DNA of 64,000 nt from Macrostomum lignano (GCA_002269645.1 NIVC01000175.1:248001-312000), one strand, 5' to 3'. Shown: positions 33,261 to 47,738, numbered from the stretch's first letter. Numbers and translations: made by a program. Notes: a model not told the origin generated them from the letters alone.

Positions 33261-36200
33261 GAAGCAGAAACAGTGAGATGATGCTCAGCGGCTGTTGTTG
33301 GAGTCTTCAAAGGTCAAGGGAGCAAGGGACCAGGAGCTCGAAGAACTACGGCAGCAACAAGAGAAGCTGCAACAAAAGAAGATGAAGGAGTCTGAGAAAC
33401 TGGCGCAAAGCATTCTCAAGCGACGGGCTGTTGAGCAGTCGGTGTCAACTCCTCTGCCTGCAGGTATTATGTAGAAAAAGTTTAGGCACAATTCATGTGC
33501 GCTTCATGCAATCATGCTCCATGTGTCTCCATGCTACTGTGTTTAGAACTGGTTATCACAGTGAATTTAATGTGCATATAAGTAGGAATAAAATTTCTTA
33601 TCATCTTATTTGGTGGTATGTAAAAGATGGAGCGGATCAAATCTACATCGGATCTACGGATAAGCGAAATTTAGTGTTAAAGTCGATTTTTTTTCTCAAA
33701 ATTCAAATAAGCAAGAAAGCAGATGCCATTTTATGTAAAGAACTGTTAAGTGCCAATACTAAGAATGTTTTTAAATATTTGTTATTATACTTTTGACTGA
33801 TCCGTGGTCCCATTACTTTCACTGTACGGATGGATCCATATTCTATACCGATCTGATCTGCTTCGTCTTTTATATATACAACCTCTTATTCTGCTTCTTT
33901 TGCTACGAGCCTGAACCACGAATACTGAAACTTCTGAAAGTGAGTGAGAGGACTTGTGTTTCACGAAAAAAGTATATCTACTTTGCGACAATGACAAATA
34001 AACGTGAGGCTCTGTCAAAACTTCGTTGAAAGTGTCCACTTCATTTATTAGAGTAAATTCGTAAGATTGTAATTTACGATATTAAAAAAATATTTATAAT
34101 AGACTATTAATTAACTATACGCTCGTGACAAGGGACCCCAAGGCTGCATAAAAGGAAATTTAGTAGTGTGGGGCACTGGGCAGGAAATTTCGGACGGCGC
34201 GAATATTTTTTAATGGCGGGAAAAAATGGTTGCCTCTCAGTCCCACCATTGCTAAGAGCTCCTCAGCTATAAGAATTTGGTTAGGAGCCAGGAGACAGTT
34301 ATTATTATTTGAGTCCAACTGTTTCCTTTTTATACAAAATTTTTATGGAAGGGGGACGCATTTAAACAACTAGTAAGTTATAACAAAAGAAATTTAAAAA
34401 ATATTATTAGGATTTAAACAAATAGGAAGAAATTTTCTGATTGGTTATGATAAATGAGATTTAACTACTGTTATAAGTAATATAGATGGCTTATATATAT
34501 GCCCTGCCTCAAAAGCTATATTTTTCTATGTATTTTAGACTTTTTAATTGGGCAGTCATTCACAAAGGTAAAAGTCTAGTTTTTTTAACAGACCTTTTAT
34601 TTTGTTCATTTCAGATTTCTTCAAAGGGACCTTTGCTTTTTAATTTGCTTATATTTCACCATTATACCTCAATTAAAAAAATCAAGGTATACTAGTTTTA
34701 TCTACTGCTCTTCTTGCTATATACTTGGTAATTTTTAAACATTAAAGAAGAAAAAGCAAAAAATTCAAGAAATAGTAAATAAAGTCCATTTTTCTGCACA
34801 CAAATTCTGCAAATATTCTGTTTATTTTTTTCTTACCATACTTGTATGTTTCTACTTCAAGTAGGTGAATCCAATATGCAGAAAAAATGCTATAAGTTCT
34901 TAAAATTTTGTTGAAAAAAATCACTTTGTTCTCAGTCTGCAATCACTAGGCCCCTTGACACAACCAGCAAGATAGGGCCACTAAACCCTCCCCAAAGGCT
35001 CATTGGGTGCGCCTAGTATACATATTAAATACTTGTATTATATACATTGTACATATATACATTGCAAAAGAGGCCATAATAAATTTTATAGGCCTATGCA
35101 CTTGTATAGGCATAGGCCTATGCCTATGCCCTTCTGAGCCAACATTTTCTGGGGCTAGGTCTAAACTTAATGTATATACATATAGGCTCAAAAAGATCTT
35201 TGAAGAGAGTGCAAAACTAAGCCACATAGGCCTAATCAATGGCAGGCAATCGGCTAACCCTTTTTATAGGTTTAAGATATATGCCCAGTATAATAGAGTA
35301 AACAACTTAATACAAGGGCATAGCTAGGATTTCTAATTGGGTGGATGGGCAAGCTTGGTGGCAAGGGGGGGGGAGCCAAGCCCACTGGCAATGGGATACT
35401 ACATGCTTTTACTAGCCAGGGGGGTAGGGGCTGCAGCCCCCTCTTGCCCCTGGCTCCTGGTAGCCAGGCTATAATATTGACCTGATTTACATATTTGTGA
35501 TACTGTACATATGAGGTGGGGGTGGAGAAAGTTTTCTTGGGTAATTGGTTGTTTGAAATTAGTTGCTGACACCAGTGGGGTGGGGCGAATTCCTCGTCTG
35601 AATTTTCCGCCGGCGTTGTTGAAACACGAATAAAGCCGGAAAATCGCGCAGACGAATCACCACGAATTTCTTCTCCTTTTACTCCGACAGCCGGGGTCCT
35701 CAAATTCCGGGGGGAGGGTAGTCGTAATCGTAGCAGAGCGGTCGTTAGAGCGGCACGGTCGTTCAGATGGTAGACACCAGAGATGGACACCGTAAATTAA
35801 TGTGTCGATTTGCAGAGCTGTTTACTGTCAGTAGGGTAGTTGCTGCCACCACCGTAATTTACGTATTACGGAACGTTTAATAATCTCAGAGCTTTCTTTG
35901 AGATGAGATTTCGGTTATTTTACGCCCCACGGGCAAAGGATTCAAGATAGGCTATGGCTTAAGTCAACAGAATAAATATTAAGTGTTAATTTGTTGTTAT
36001 TTATTTAAGTAATTATGGTTATTAATTTTAAAGCAGGTTATTTATGGATTAATGAGTAATATAATGACAATGATGACTACACGGGCGCCGGTGCGCTAAT
36101 AGACTAATAAATTAATGAACTGTAGAGATAAACATACAAGATAGTGAGGGAGCGATCGCGCAAGAAAAAAGTTAGAAAAGTTGGCAACTGAGCATGAGTA

Positions 36201-37461
36201 GTTTATATAAGCAAAAAGTAAGGCAACGTCCAGAGCATGGGGGAAGGATTAGCCAACCAGGGGGCCATACAATGGTTAAAGGAGAAATTACACAGAAAAA
36301 TATATAATGAACCGCTTAATTCCAACTAATGAAAAGGCTGTTAGCCAACCATGGGAAACTGAATAGCAACGGTGGGTCCACACACAGGGCCAACAAGAGG
36401 AGGGGGGTGATGTCATATAACAATGGTTGGCCACACGGGTTGGTATTCACGAGGAAAAATACGGGCGCGCATTTAAAATGAAAAATTATTAAAAAATTAT
36501 TAAATGGTGGCAACCCCACTGCCACACATATAGGCTTGTACATGTATATGCGAAATAGAAATACAAAAAGCAAATGCTACATACATATATGCAATACATA
36601 ATTATAATCTTAGCAAGAATAGCTTATCTTTAAACATTCCACAGTAATTAATATGCCAAAAGATATATAGACTTGAATGCACTTAAAATTTATTGAGTTT
36701 GTTTTTATGCTTCAGAATATTCGAAATGACTAAAATCACATATGCAGGCCAATGATTAGGCCTATAAGGCATTACAAAAACGTAACTACATGTATTGTCA
36801 TTCCTAATTGGATAGGAAGCTAGGCCTTTTGACATTAATAGCTTCCAGGATATTGCTCAATTCCTTCTTGTCGTGACTCAAAAAGTGACAGTTAAATTTT
36901 TCTTTTCTTTTTAACTGTTACCTTTCTTCCTTGGCTTTGTCAACAAGGGCTTTTGTTAACCTGCCGCAGCAGCAAGCAAATCTTTCACACATTAGCAGTT
37001 TAAGCTTATCTTTAGTTATAAAAAATTCTAACATTATTCAGGCACATGAAATAAATCCAATGGTTTTGTATAAGAATGTACAATGTTTCTATTGGGATTA
37101 CGAGTAAAAATATTACAGTTCCATAAGAAATTTAAAGGCTTATTAAAACTTACTGTATCTAGCTCGTATATTTTCCCATTGTTGATGATAGGTTTTTTAC
37201 CCAAATTTAAATTAATGTGCATCGGAAATGCTTGTTGCTAAGTCACCAAGTCAAAAGTTACCAATATTAAGATTAATAGACATATATAGCATGTATCAAG
37301 ACAAGGAAAATTAATGAGCAATCAGTGTGCAATAATTTTTAGTGCAAATTTGCTGAAGCAAAATAGGCAAGCAATGCTTGTAATTTTTTTCAGGTATAGT
37401 TGCTTGCTTGGCAAGTATGATGAATTGGAAGGCAAAAATCAACATTAAATTAATTTAATGG

Positions 37462-37499
37462 AACAATGCGTTTCGCATGATACTGTGCATCTTCAGGTT
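37462..37499 (-). ncRNA. Degenerate minimal type-I hammerhead ribozyme associated with the Penelope-like element
   Basis: Minus strand reads AAC CUGAAGA UGCA CAGUAUCA UGC GAAAC GC AUU GUU, about 180 nt downstream of the GIY-YIG stop. Confidence 0.6.
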
Positions 37500-37678
37500 T
37501 ATTTTTAAGCAAAAAAATGAATGAGATCAGCAGTAAATAAATGCAAATTTTTGGGGTGTAAATTCAATCAATATTTGAAGTACATGTTTGTTTTTCCAAA
37601 AGTCGAGAGGCAAAGTTCAGGGATGGAATGATAGCAATAAAGTTTGAAGTATACAATGTACATCCAATTTCCCCTCCC

Positions 37679-38600
37679 TTAGAACATACGGAAAACATGT
37701 CCTATGCCACTGTGTTGGAGTTGAGTGTTGAGGTTGGGGGAATGTGCTTTAATGTACAGCACTTCAAGTATCTGGAGTTTGGAGTCAAATGAGCATTGAT
37801 CAATGACTTTGAAGTGCTCTTCGGGTTTGTAGTTGGAGCAACTATTACACTCTAAAAGATGGTTTTGGATATCCGATGGTTTCAGCCAGTGCTCCCTGAT
37901 TCTAGTGTGCAGGTACCTTTTTGTCTTCCCTATGTAGGAGACGCTCTGGTTATCAGAGCAGTTTAACTTATAAATAACACCAGCACGAAGAGCACAGGGA
38001 ACACGTGACTTCAACTGACCAACAAAGTTGCCAACCTTAGCAGAACGAAAGATGACATGGATGTTGATTGATTGGATCGGCTTTAGCGCTAAGCTGATTC
38101 GCGATTTTCTCAGAGACGAATTTGTGAATGTGAGAGTGGATAAGCACACGAGGATAACCATTTAGTTGAAACATTTTGGTCAGAAAATTCACTTCTTGGT
38201 CAAAGTTAGTCCAGGTGTTGCAGACACTAAAAGCTCTGTATAGCAGACATCTAATCAGGCCGGATTTCCACTGTCTTGGACATAAAGCAATGAAGTTGAG
38301 GATGAGATTGGTAAACATGCTTTTCCGAAAAACTTTGGTGGAGAGGGTTCCGCAATTAAAATCAATGTCGAGGTCAAGGAACGGGAGCCTCTGGTCGGAA
38401 GCAACCTCAGAAGTGAACTGGATGTTAGTGTGTTTAGAGTTGAGAGCGTCGAAGAAACGGTCAATTTTGTTCTTGTTGTCGAAGATGGCGAAGGTATCGT
38501 CAACATAACGCCTGTAGAATTTGGGTGCGCAGTCAAGGGTCATCCAATCGTTGGTTTCCCAATGAGACAGGCAGACATCAGCAAGGGTAGGGGCCAAGGA
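37679..38600 (-). mobile_element. 5'-truncated Penelope-like retroelement (RT + GIY-YIG endonuclease), frameshifted
   Basis: RT motifs LAPTLAD, YRRYVDDTF, LPFLDL; GIY-YIG motifs GVIYKLNC...YIGKTKRYLHTRIREH in a different frame. Confidence 0.92.
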
Positions 38601-39038
38601 TGAGAGGGGAGATGGTAAGGGAAAGAAGAGAGAAGCGACAAGAGAGGGTGAGAAAAGAGTGAGATGACAGAGGAGAGGAGAGGAGAGGAAACAGATACAC
38701 TCGTAAGAGAGCTTGAGTCAGTGAGCAGTCATTTTAGTGCGAATGTGCTGAAGAAAAAAAGGCAAGCAATGCTTGTAATTTTTTTATAGATTTTAAACTT
38801 TTTTGATGAAAGTCTTGTGCTTAGTGATGTTTGATTTGATAGAAGCAATGTCAAAGTGAAGTTAGCATTCACTATGATTTGAATAGAGAGTGCAGGTTAG
38901 GCAATTAGGCAATGCAGGATATTAAATAAGCAGTGAACGGTCATTTGAGTTCATAAAATTCATAAAATGTGATAGAACGATGGGGACGTAATTTCTAGGC
39001 CTAGTGACTCAGTCTCAGTGACAAACTCAGTGACAAAC

Positions 39039-42000
39039 TCAGTGAATAAGGCGGCTGCGAGCATTCATGAGCTGATCACGGGTCCAGGGGAATCCAGGAT
39101 TCCTTCCCGTAGGAAAATGGGGATTGGGTAAAACTGCGACCTCACTCACCAGTGCGCTGAACTCGTCGCTCTTGGCCGGGAAGATGAATGGCTTTTGACC
39201 TCCAGCCATCCAGTTTGTCACCAACTGAGTGCAGGCAGAGACAACGACTTGGCCATCGCCCCGAAGTTGAATGACTCGACACGGGTAATGCTGCCAAGCT
39301 TTTCGTCCTCTGCAAGTTGCCTGCACGGCAACCAGCACCCAGCAGTCAACACTTAGCTCCGGCAGAGGTAGCGGCAGCATCGGCAGATAGGTAGCTCTGG
39401 GATGTGCGCCAGCTTGATTAGTTGCCCTTCTGGGTGGCGATCTTCTGGCATGATGACTACCGGCTCCGGACGGTTAGGCTGGTAAATATGAAAAGGCCTG
39501 TCTAAGAAATTGGCTAATGCAACGATAATAAGATGATAAGCATAGGTACTTGATTACTTGAACGTTTCATTTTTTTGTAACAGTCATTAAGTGGCATTTC
39601 CAAAAAGTTAACAATACTCTCACCATTTACATAAGTGTTTTGCTCTAGGAAAGCGCAGCTGTCTGATCAAAGTCTGTCGGCGTCGGCATTGATGCCTTCG
39701 GAACTCAGCACCTGCCGGACGGAGTCAAAAAAAACAATTTCCAAAAGAATCGGCCTGACCTAACAAGCAATTCAACCACTTCGACTTGCTCTCAAGCCGA
39801 CCTAAAGTGGCACCATGTCCAGCACGGCAGATTGGGCGACCGGTTGCTAAGATGCGACCGTCTGCTTCGCTGCAGTCGCCGGGAACCTTGACGCTGACGC
39901 TGCTGCGCCCGAAGCTTCCGAGCAGTCTGCCGTGCGGCCTTGGCGTCGAGAGCAGCCTGGCGCTTTTGCTGTCTTAGTCTGAAAAAGGCTAAGGTAGAGT
40001 GGCTAGTTAAGTTAGGATGAGGAATGTCGTGAAACACGGATGTTCTCCTTTTCTTGCCGGTAATTGGAGTCCGGTTCCGCTTTATCGAGAACGCGATCGA
40101 CTCGGCTGTTTCTCGAGCTTTGGGTGATACTGACTTTACCGAGCAAAATTGTATACAATTTAATTTACGGTTTTTAAATCTTTTACGTCGTTACGTTAAT
40201 TTGTACTTGTATACTATACGTTAATTTAAATTTTACTTCTTCAAATTTACCGATTACTCACCTGACTGCCTCTCTGCATCGAGCGAATCATCACTCTGTG
40301 GTTCAACCGCCTCGACGGTCTCCTTATCGAGAGAGGGATGATGCAGTGGGCTGCTCTCGATCTGGTCCTCGCTGTCAGTGCTCTGCTGGTCGGAGCTCAC
40401 GTGCTCGTCACTGATTTGTTGGCAGTTCATTTGTCCGGTCAGACGCAGCAGCAGCTGCTGCAGTGCGCGATCATTGTCGGTCGTCGCTGGCTTCGTTTGC
40501 AAGTCGTGAAGCTTAGCGGCGCCAAGGACATCCTCAAAGCAGCGCACCACAGAGCCTGAGGCTAGAGGTGGGGGCGGTGTTGCTGGCTTTTAGCACGCAT
40601 CCACAATTCTTCTCACCTGTTGCCTGCTGCGCGGGAGCCGGGTCTTGCCGCTTGCAGAGCTTGTCATTCGCTAGAGCATCAGGGTTCCGCGGAAAAATTC
40701 CACTTTTCCGGAAGCCAGCCATGATGTTCTGCAGAGTAGCCCGCTCTGCCAGGACCTCGCGGAGCATTTCCACGAATCGCAGCCAGATGACAGAGTCTCC
40801 AATCGCAGCACTCCGGGACCTGTCGGCGAGGAGCTCGCGCCATCCCATCTTGACTGGGCGAAACACAGCAAGGTCCAGAGGCTGCATGACGTGCGTTGCG
40901 TTCGGCATCAGCCGACTTTCAGCACAGCACAACTTTCTGTTGCCTCAGGTACTCCAGATTTTCAAGCGAAAATCTGGAGCCGTGCAACTCTGTGAAGAGG
41001 ACAACAGGTCGGCGAATTCGCTTTTGTTCTAGATAGGACATGAATGTTTTTTTAATAAATTCCTCAAACCCAGCGGTGTTTATCCACCCGTTGGGAGAAA
41101 AAGAATAATGACAATCAATAGGAAAACAATCCATTCGAGGCTGCGTCTTTCCTGGAAAAACAAAGCGGGGTGGCAATAGAGAACCTGAGCATTGAACACA
41201 GATTAAAACTGTGATGTGCTTCCGGTCACTGCCGTGAACCTTCTGCACCACGTTTACCATTCCTTTCTCTGCCAGCACAGCGTGAGACTTCAATCCTTGC
41301 GGCACCGCGATCTCGTCACAATTAAAAATGCGCTACGGATCTTGCACCGCGCCGTCGAGAAGGTCATCCTCATCGAATTCGGCCAGCTCGGAGAACCAGT
41401 CACGAATGCGGCCCTCTGTCACGATCGCCCGGGCAGGATTAACCGTCTGTGGCGTTCGCTGAGCGATGTCGGGATGGCGCAACTGAAATCCGGTAATCCA
41501 GCCCTTCGACAGTCCGACTGGCTTGACCTGGCAGGCAAGTAGAATAAACATTCAAATTGAGGAGATAAACAGGCGGCTGATTGAGAGGAGACAGACAGGC
41601 AGCTGATAAAGAGATAGACGGGCGGCTGATAAAAGAGATAGACGGGCGGCTGATAAAGAGATAGACGGGCGGCTGATAAAGAGATAGACGGGCGGTTGAT
41701 AGAGAGGAGACGGGCAGGCAACTGATTAAGAGATGGACGGGTGGCTGATAAAGAGATAGACGGGCGGCTGATAAAGAGATAGACGGGCGGCTGATAGAGA
41801 GGAGACAGACAGGCGGCTGAAAAAGAGAAAGACGGGCGGCTGATAAAGAGATAGACAGGCCGCTGATACAGAGGAGACAGACAGACGGCTGATAAAGAGA
41901 TAAATGCGTATGCTCTAAATGCGTATTTTACGTATTTGTTTCATTTCTAATTCTCTCTGGCCCCGTCAAATACTAATACTGAATACAAAGAGCACTCACC

Positions 42001-42210
42001 CTGAATAGTATTCATGGCACTGCGGAAGCCCAGTTCGGCCTCGGTCGCGCCATGCCCAGGAACAGCCCGGTTCAGCCCTCCGCCATGCTACGGCCACTGT
42101 AGTTGACTACACTCAGCATTGAAGCCGACATGCACTTTTCCAGCATCCGTCGGACCGTTTCGTGTAGGATCGCGCATCGGCGGCCACGCAGACTGGGTCC
42201 CTGAAGTGGA
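39039..42210 (-). pseudogene. Decayed pogo/Tigger-like (DDE_1) transposase, probably spliced
   Basis: CENP-B-like HTH (GWITGFQLRHP), RIFNCDE, KHITVLIC...LLPP, SPNGWI, THVMQPLDLAVF. There is a stop at about 41333 and the second Asp motif is degenerate. Confidence 0.8.
41575..41900. repeat. About 23-bp minisatellite (GGCGGCTGATAAAGAGATAGACG)
   Basis: Direct reading; lies between the presumed exons of the pogo relic. Confidence 0.9.
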
Positions 42211-45200
42211 ATGAAGTAGAAATTATTATTGTTAGAGCGAAAGAAGCATAAAATTATATTACTACTGCAAGTATGTTGAAAGCACAAGTATATTACAATA
42301 TACTAAATTATTTCCTGACTGTAAGTTGACTGATTTTAATTTGGATTAGATCTGTTTGTGATTAATCTAACAAATATGAAAACTTACAAGGCGCTGTTGA
42401 GCTTCAATCGACGTTATAAAGCTGAGGTAGTCCGGCCACGAGTCAATTTGCGTGAACTCAACGGCGGTTTCTTCTTGGCGGCCGTGTCGAGTTTGAGATG
42501 CCAAATGAGCGGAAATGCCTTCAAGGAGGTCAATAACTTGGCGCTCAAATTGGTGCTGGCGCCTCTCTATCTCTGCTAGGCGTCGAGCAGTTAGCTTTCT
42601 TTGATTGGTTTACCCGGTGCAGGCCGGATGATGAATCGCAGGTGGGGTTTACACTGACAATTGTAGGTCACACGTGATTTGTCGGTTGCTAAAAATAACA
42701 TGTTCGAGTTTTCTCTCTTCTGATTGGTTGATTAAAATACGCACGTGATTCAGTACTTTTTTATACTTGCCACTTAGTATACTACTGAAAAATGTATAAG
42801 TAGTATATTAAAACATTTTGTCTTTTTTACGGGAGTTAGAACACTCTACAGACGCCCGGTTCGCAGGGCGACTACCTAGCCGCAGATGCACCGGGATGCG
42901 AGCCGCGTCGGGCGGGCCACCGAAGGGCTCAAATTGGCCGGCCGCTGCTCCGATGGATCAACCACGAGCGGTCAATGCCAGCGTCACAGACCGGCAAGGG
43001 CGGCGGGCGTCACCGCGACAGGAACTGTAAAGGCAACATTCCTTATCCAACTCGTTAACCGACTGTTCCAATGCGAACACTTGAGCAACATCCTCGAGTG
43101 TAAGTGCTTCAGCAGCTTTCTCCAAGTCGAAATCATCCATGTACTTCTCGATCTCGGTGCCAGTAACCACTTATCATTCTGCCAGGGAAAGCGTCCCAAT
43201 GAAAAAGCCGGGTCGTAGTCATTTTACAGCTCGTCAGTCAACTGTGAAGTCCTTTCTCCTTTCCAATTTTCTCACTACCTATATAGCACTGTTTCGTAGG
43301 AACATAGTCTATGGTCTGTTAAAAGTGAAACAGTCACGAAACCTTAAAGTTCATACCATAGACGTAAGTATATCCATACACTTTTCTAAATATTAAGTTT
43401 TAGCTGGCTTATGCTGAGGCTCCGCCCCCACACCAACGGAACGGCGCTGAACACTACCATAGACAAAACGCAAAAATAAGAAAAACTTAAGGATGACATT
43501 GATGCAAGGACAGAAAAACTATGTTACAATGCTACGCGTACTCGTGTTATGAGCGTTGCTGCACTCCCAGCCGTGCTTTAGTGCCTCATTGTTTAACGAG
43601 GTTTATTGCAAATTTTACCATAGAAAGTTAACTGTAAGAAAAAACTGTAAAAACCATCTTAACGTAACGCACATTACATATAAGAAACAGTTAGTAATAT
43701 CGTTACGATAAGCTACACTTTCACACAATCACACTACATGTTCTTCACTGCTATGCGTCCCCTGATTTGGAACATGCAATGCTCGAATTTTCCATTGAAA
43801 TTCAAAAAGACCCTTGCTATTTTATCGCTGTCATCAGTGGTAATCTGCAAAATCTTGCAAAAACAAGTGTCTGAATTAGCAGTCCTGGCTCCACCGCTGG
43901 ACTCTGTTGCAATCAAGAGCGCTATATCCTTACTCTCAGCCTCGTCAGCAGTTTTGGCAGCTCCGTAGCTTAAAGTGTACCTGCAAGATACCTAGCTGAC
44001 AGCCTTTTAGTTTCAGTTCAAGGAAATGAGCTGCTAAATGAACATTAAACAAGCAAATAATTGCTAAAACGTATCCAGATGTTTGCAAGTCCATTCCAAA
44101 ATCGTCTAGAAGTTATTTCTATTTCATCAAAATTTATCAATGATCGAAAATTACTTTTCACAAGTCAAAGTTATCAATCATCAAAGATACTTTTCAAAAG
44201 CGCGACTTAGCTTTACCACGGTGGATGTTCCTTCAACCATTCCTAGAATTGTCCACATTTAGTTTCCATCACGAACTATAGTTTCACGGAATACAAGGGA
44301 CCTTCAAGATGCAGACTTAATGCTGACAAACTAACAACAGGCTTGTTAAGAAACCGTGCTTGCAAACGAGCATTGATGTCCTCCATCGTCAGAGGACAGT
44401 TGTCAGGTGAAGTGGCTCGCTTGGCAACAAAAATAAAGAGAAAGCTGAAAATCAACATGTAGGTACACCAAGTTTTGCTCACCAAGGTATCGTAAGGTAT
44501 ATTGTTTGAAACAAGAGAAAGCTGTGAATAAAGCGATTTATGTTGTTTTGTCAATGTAACTAATGTAGCTAGTGAGTAAATATTTTGCATGTACAAAGTA
44601 GTCGGAGATAAATAGTCCGTAGGGCAGGGCGAATACCAATGGGCAGAAAGCAAAATTATATACAGATTATGCCATTGTCCTTTTTAGTTAACTGAAAACA
44701 GTAGCAGACCTGACAGGCTTTTGTTGTGTAACTTTTAGCAGCTACATGTAAAATAATGGGTCTTGATTCATTCTACGAGTTTTAATATTAAAGAATATTG
44801 TTTTCAGTTCACTAAAACTGACAGTGGCATAATCTACATATAATTAAGGGTCTAATCTGTCACAGGGGTGTTTATTTATAGTTTAATCCTACCGTTTGTC
44901 ACCTAATTTGTTGTAGGGCTCTTGGCTCTCTGTTTAAGAATCCCACTGCTGTAACCAAAACTGTCGTAGGGGTCGGGGTCTACTGGGAATTTTCGGGAGT
45001 TTCTTAGAATTCGGGGAGAAATATGCAATTTATTCTACTAACAGGAGTAAGCCGTAGGTTGCTCCTGGTGGCGTGGTGTGTCCGAGCGGCAAGACACAAT
45101 CTATATTAACTTAACCTAATCCGAGGGAGGGCTACGCGATAGATCGGAGTTGCCTGGGAAACGGGGCGCACTAAGGGGAATTTTAATAGCTAATAGGCAA

Positions 45201-45590
45201 TGCTGACATGGAGGGGATGTGCCTTAATAGGGAATTAGATAAGGGCAGGGCGCCTAAGCAGACAGTGCGTCTGGATGAGGAGTTGGCAGATCGCCAGGTT
45301 AATCAGAGATCGGGAGGGAGGGAGGCCACACGCCTGTCCAACTGCACCTAACGGCCGTGGGCTAGCCAGACAATCCACTAAACAAAAAATACGTGGCTAG
45401 CCAGGTGGCTCCACCGTGGACCCACACAGGCTAGCCCTGGCGAGTCCACACAGTGCGCACAGTGATAGTACGCTAGATATGCTAAGGAACGCTGCTATTG
45501 GTCCGTGTGGGCTAGGGTGGGCTAGTCGAGTGCACCCACGGACGGGAATGAGAAGTCTGGGAATTCTCTGAGTGCTAAAAATAGACACCG

Positions 45591-45662
45591 CTAAAAATTG
45601 GTCGAGTGGCCAGTGCGCCTGACTTGAAATTGGAAGGTTTGAGGTTCGAATCCTGCTAGACA
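45591..45662 (+). pseudogene. tRNA-Ser(TGA)-derived pseudogene or SINE head
   Basis: A-box TGGTCGAGTGG, loop CTTGAAA, B-box GGTTCGAATCC; the acceptor stem does not pair. Confidence 0.6.
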
Positions 45663-46058
45663 AAATTTATTATCTTAATGTAAATATTGTGCGTGTAAAA
45701 AAAGCAGAACATGCAGAAAAGCAGAAATTAGAATTTGAGTGAACAAACGTTAAATTATGGTAATGAGGATTATTATAAGGATTAAAGGATTACTGGTTTA
45801 AGTGATGAAAATACGCGTATTAGAAAAGTAGTACCGAAAGAGTAAAAATTATTATTTATTCGAACATAAATAAAAAACAGTGGAAATGATTTTTTAATTT
45901 TAGTATTTGCACCCATACTTCTTCGTCTGTAATCATATTACTTTAAATCAGTAGCTCATTTTGGGATTGTAGAATTTAGGTGATTAAGCTCGCGATAATG
46001 TATTGGAGAGCCACTCATAAGCCAAATTGATATTAGGTTGGCCAATAGCCTAAACTAA

Positions 46059-47738
46059 GATGCACAGGGGAGGCCCCTTGCGTGCACGCGCTCGCAGCTC
46101 ACACTGCTGCTAATATCAGCAGTAGTCTGAAGGGTAAGCTCAACCGCCTGCAAGTTAGTGATGTGGCAGTCCATTAGTGTAGCAGTTGCAGGCCTAAAGT
46201 AACTCTTATGAAGTCACGGACTCATGGTCCCTATTTTATTGGCTTGTTTTTCTTTTGGTACGGTCTGATTCTAGCAGTACTAATATTTAACACAGTAATC
46301 TTTTGTAACACTTGGGGTGAAGCACATTTAGTTCCTGTCATATTTATTGTCATTGAAGTCGAAGATCAATTATATACCGGTACCGTATTGATGTATCGTA
46401 TTTTTAAAAAATAGATTCTTTATTTGAAAGTTTAACTGTTGTGCTACATTAGATACATTTTTTCTGGTTAAAAAGTCTTCCGTTTTAAGTGTATTGTGAT
46501 AAAACTTAAAAACTCTCCTGCTTCTATCATGAACAAGTTATAGAATCTTAAAGTAAGTTTAGTTTTGTTAATGTTTTACCGTAGCTGTTGACAACAGGAA
46601 CTAATTACCCTTTTCATTTAATGTATCGTAAATTTATGATTTCTAAAGTTCATATGAGAATGCAGCGATACTATTGTTATTGTCAATTTTCATGCATTTA
46701 ACACGGTTTTAAAGTAAAGTAAAATTATTCAGACCCTTTCTCAAGACCTCTAGCAGCACATTGGCCGTGTAATTTTATAATTTTTGGAGGCTAATATCAT
46801 TAAAACATTACACTGCGAAGACAGGAAAAAGTCATTTTTGCATCACAAAATCAAACGATAGCATTTGATCTCTGTTAATGAAGATTACCATTCTTTTAAT
46901 TTAGGATGCAAGATGTCAGTCTGTTGTATTTTATACATGTAAGTTGGGTAAAAAAATTTTTTTCCTAATATATATTAGGAATATATATGCATATTTATTT
47001 TTTTACTTTCACAAGCCAAAAGTAATAATTACTCACTAGTGACATTATTAGCTAAAATATTTTGTTTTGCTTCGTCTTGAAGCAAGTATATATATGATGC
47101 AGAATATAAAGTGTGAAAAAGTGACACAAAAATAAAATAATTCATAGAGTATAAAAATGAAAACTAGGAAGATGAAACTTATCAGCGCGCAACTATTAGT
47201 ATATAAAATACAGCAGAGTAACATGTTGTGCACGCTAAATTAAAATAATGGTAGTCCTCGTCCTCATCCTCCAGAAAGAAATGCTTTGGATAGTATATTT
47301 TGTGCTTAAAACATATTCTCCTCTCTGCAGTGTATTTTTACGGAAATCAGCCTCCAAAACAATTACAGGATCTCTGAATCTGACTGTATCATGGGTTGCT
47401 TTCACAAGGTGGAAATTTCACATCGAAACCAGTTATTTTCATAAGCTCGAAATTTCACAACCTCGAAAATTTCAGCAGCCGACTTCATAAGCTCGAATTT
47501 TGACAAGCTCGAAATTTCACAACCTCGAAAACCATTTTAGCAGCCACTTTCACAAACCCGAAACTTCATAAGATCGAAAATTCATATCCTCGAAAATTTT
47601 AGCAAGCGACTTCATAAGCTTGAAATTTCACAACCTACTATAGATGCACAAGGAAGGCCCCTTGCGTGCACCCGCTCGCAGCTCACACTGCTGCTAATAT
47701 CAACAGCAGTCTGAGGAGTAAGCTCAACCGCCTGCAAG
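46059..47738. repeat. 96-bp direct repeat, copies at 46059-46154 and 47643-47738
   Basis: About 90% identical by eye; both contain an ACTGCTG/CAGCAGT hairpin. Confidence 0.85.

Noticed and set aside
45591-45662. Functional tRNA-Ser gene
   Set aside because: Acceptor stem unpaired, anticodon stem weak and no long variable arm.
47700-47730. Hammerhead in the 96-bp repeat (CTGAGGAG...CTC)
   Set aside because: Lacks the GAAA core and a cleavage triplet in register.
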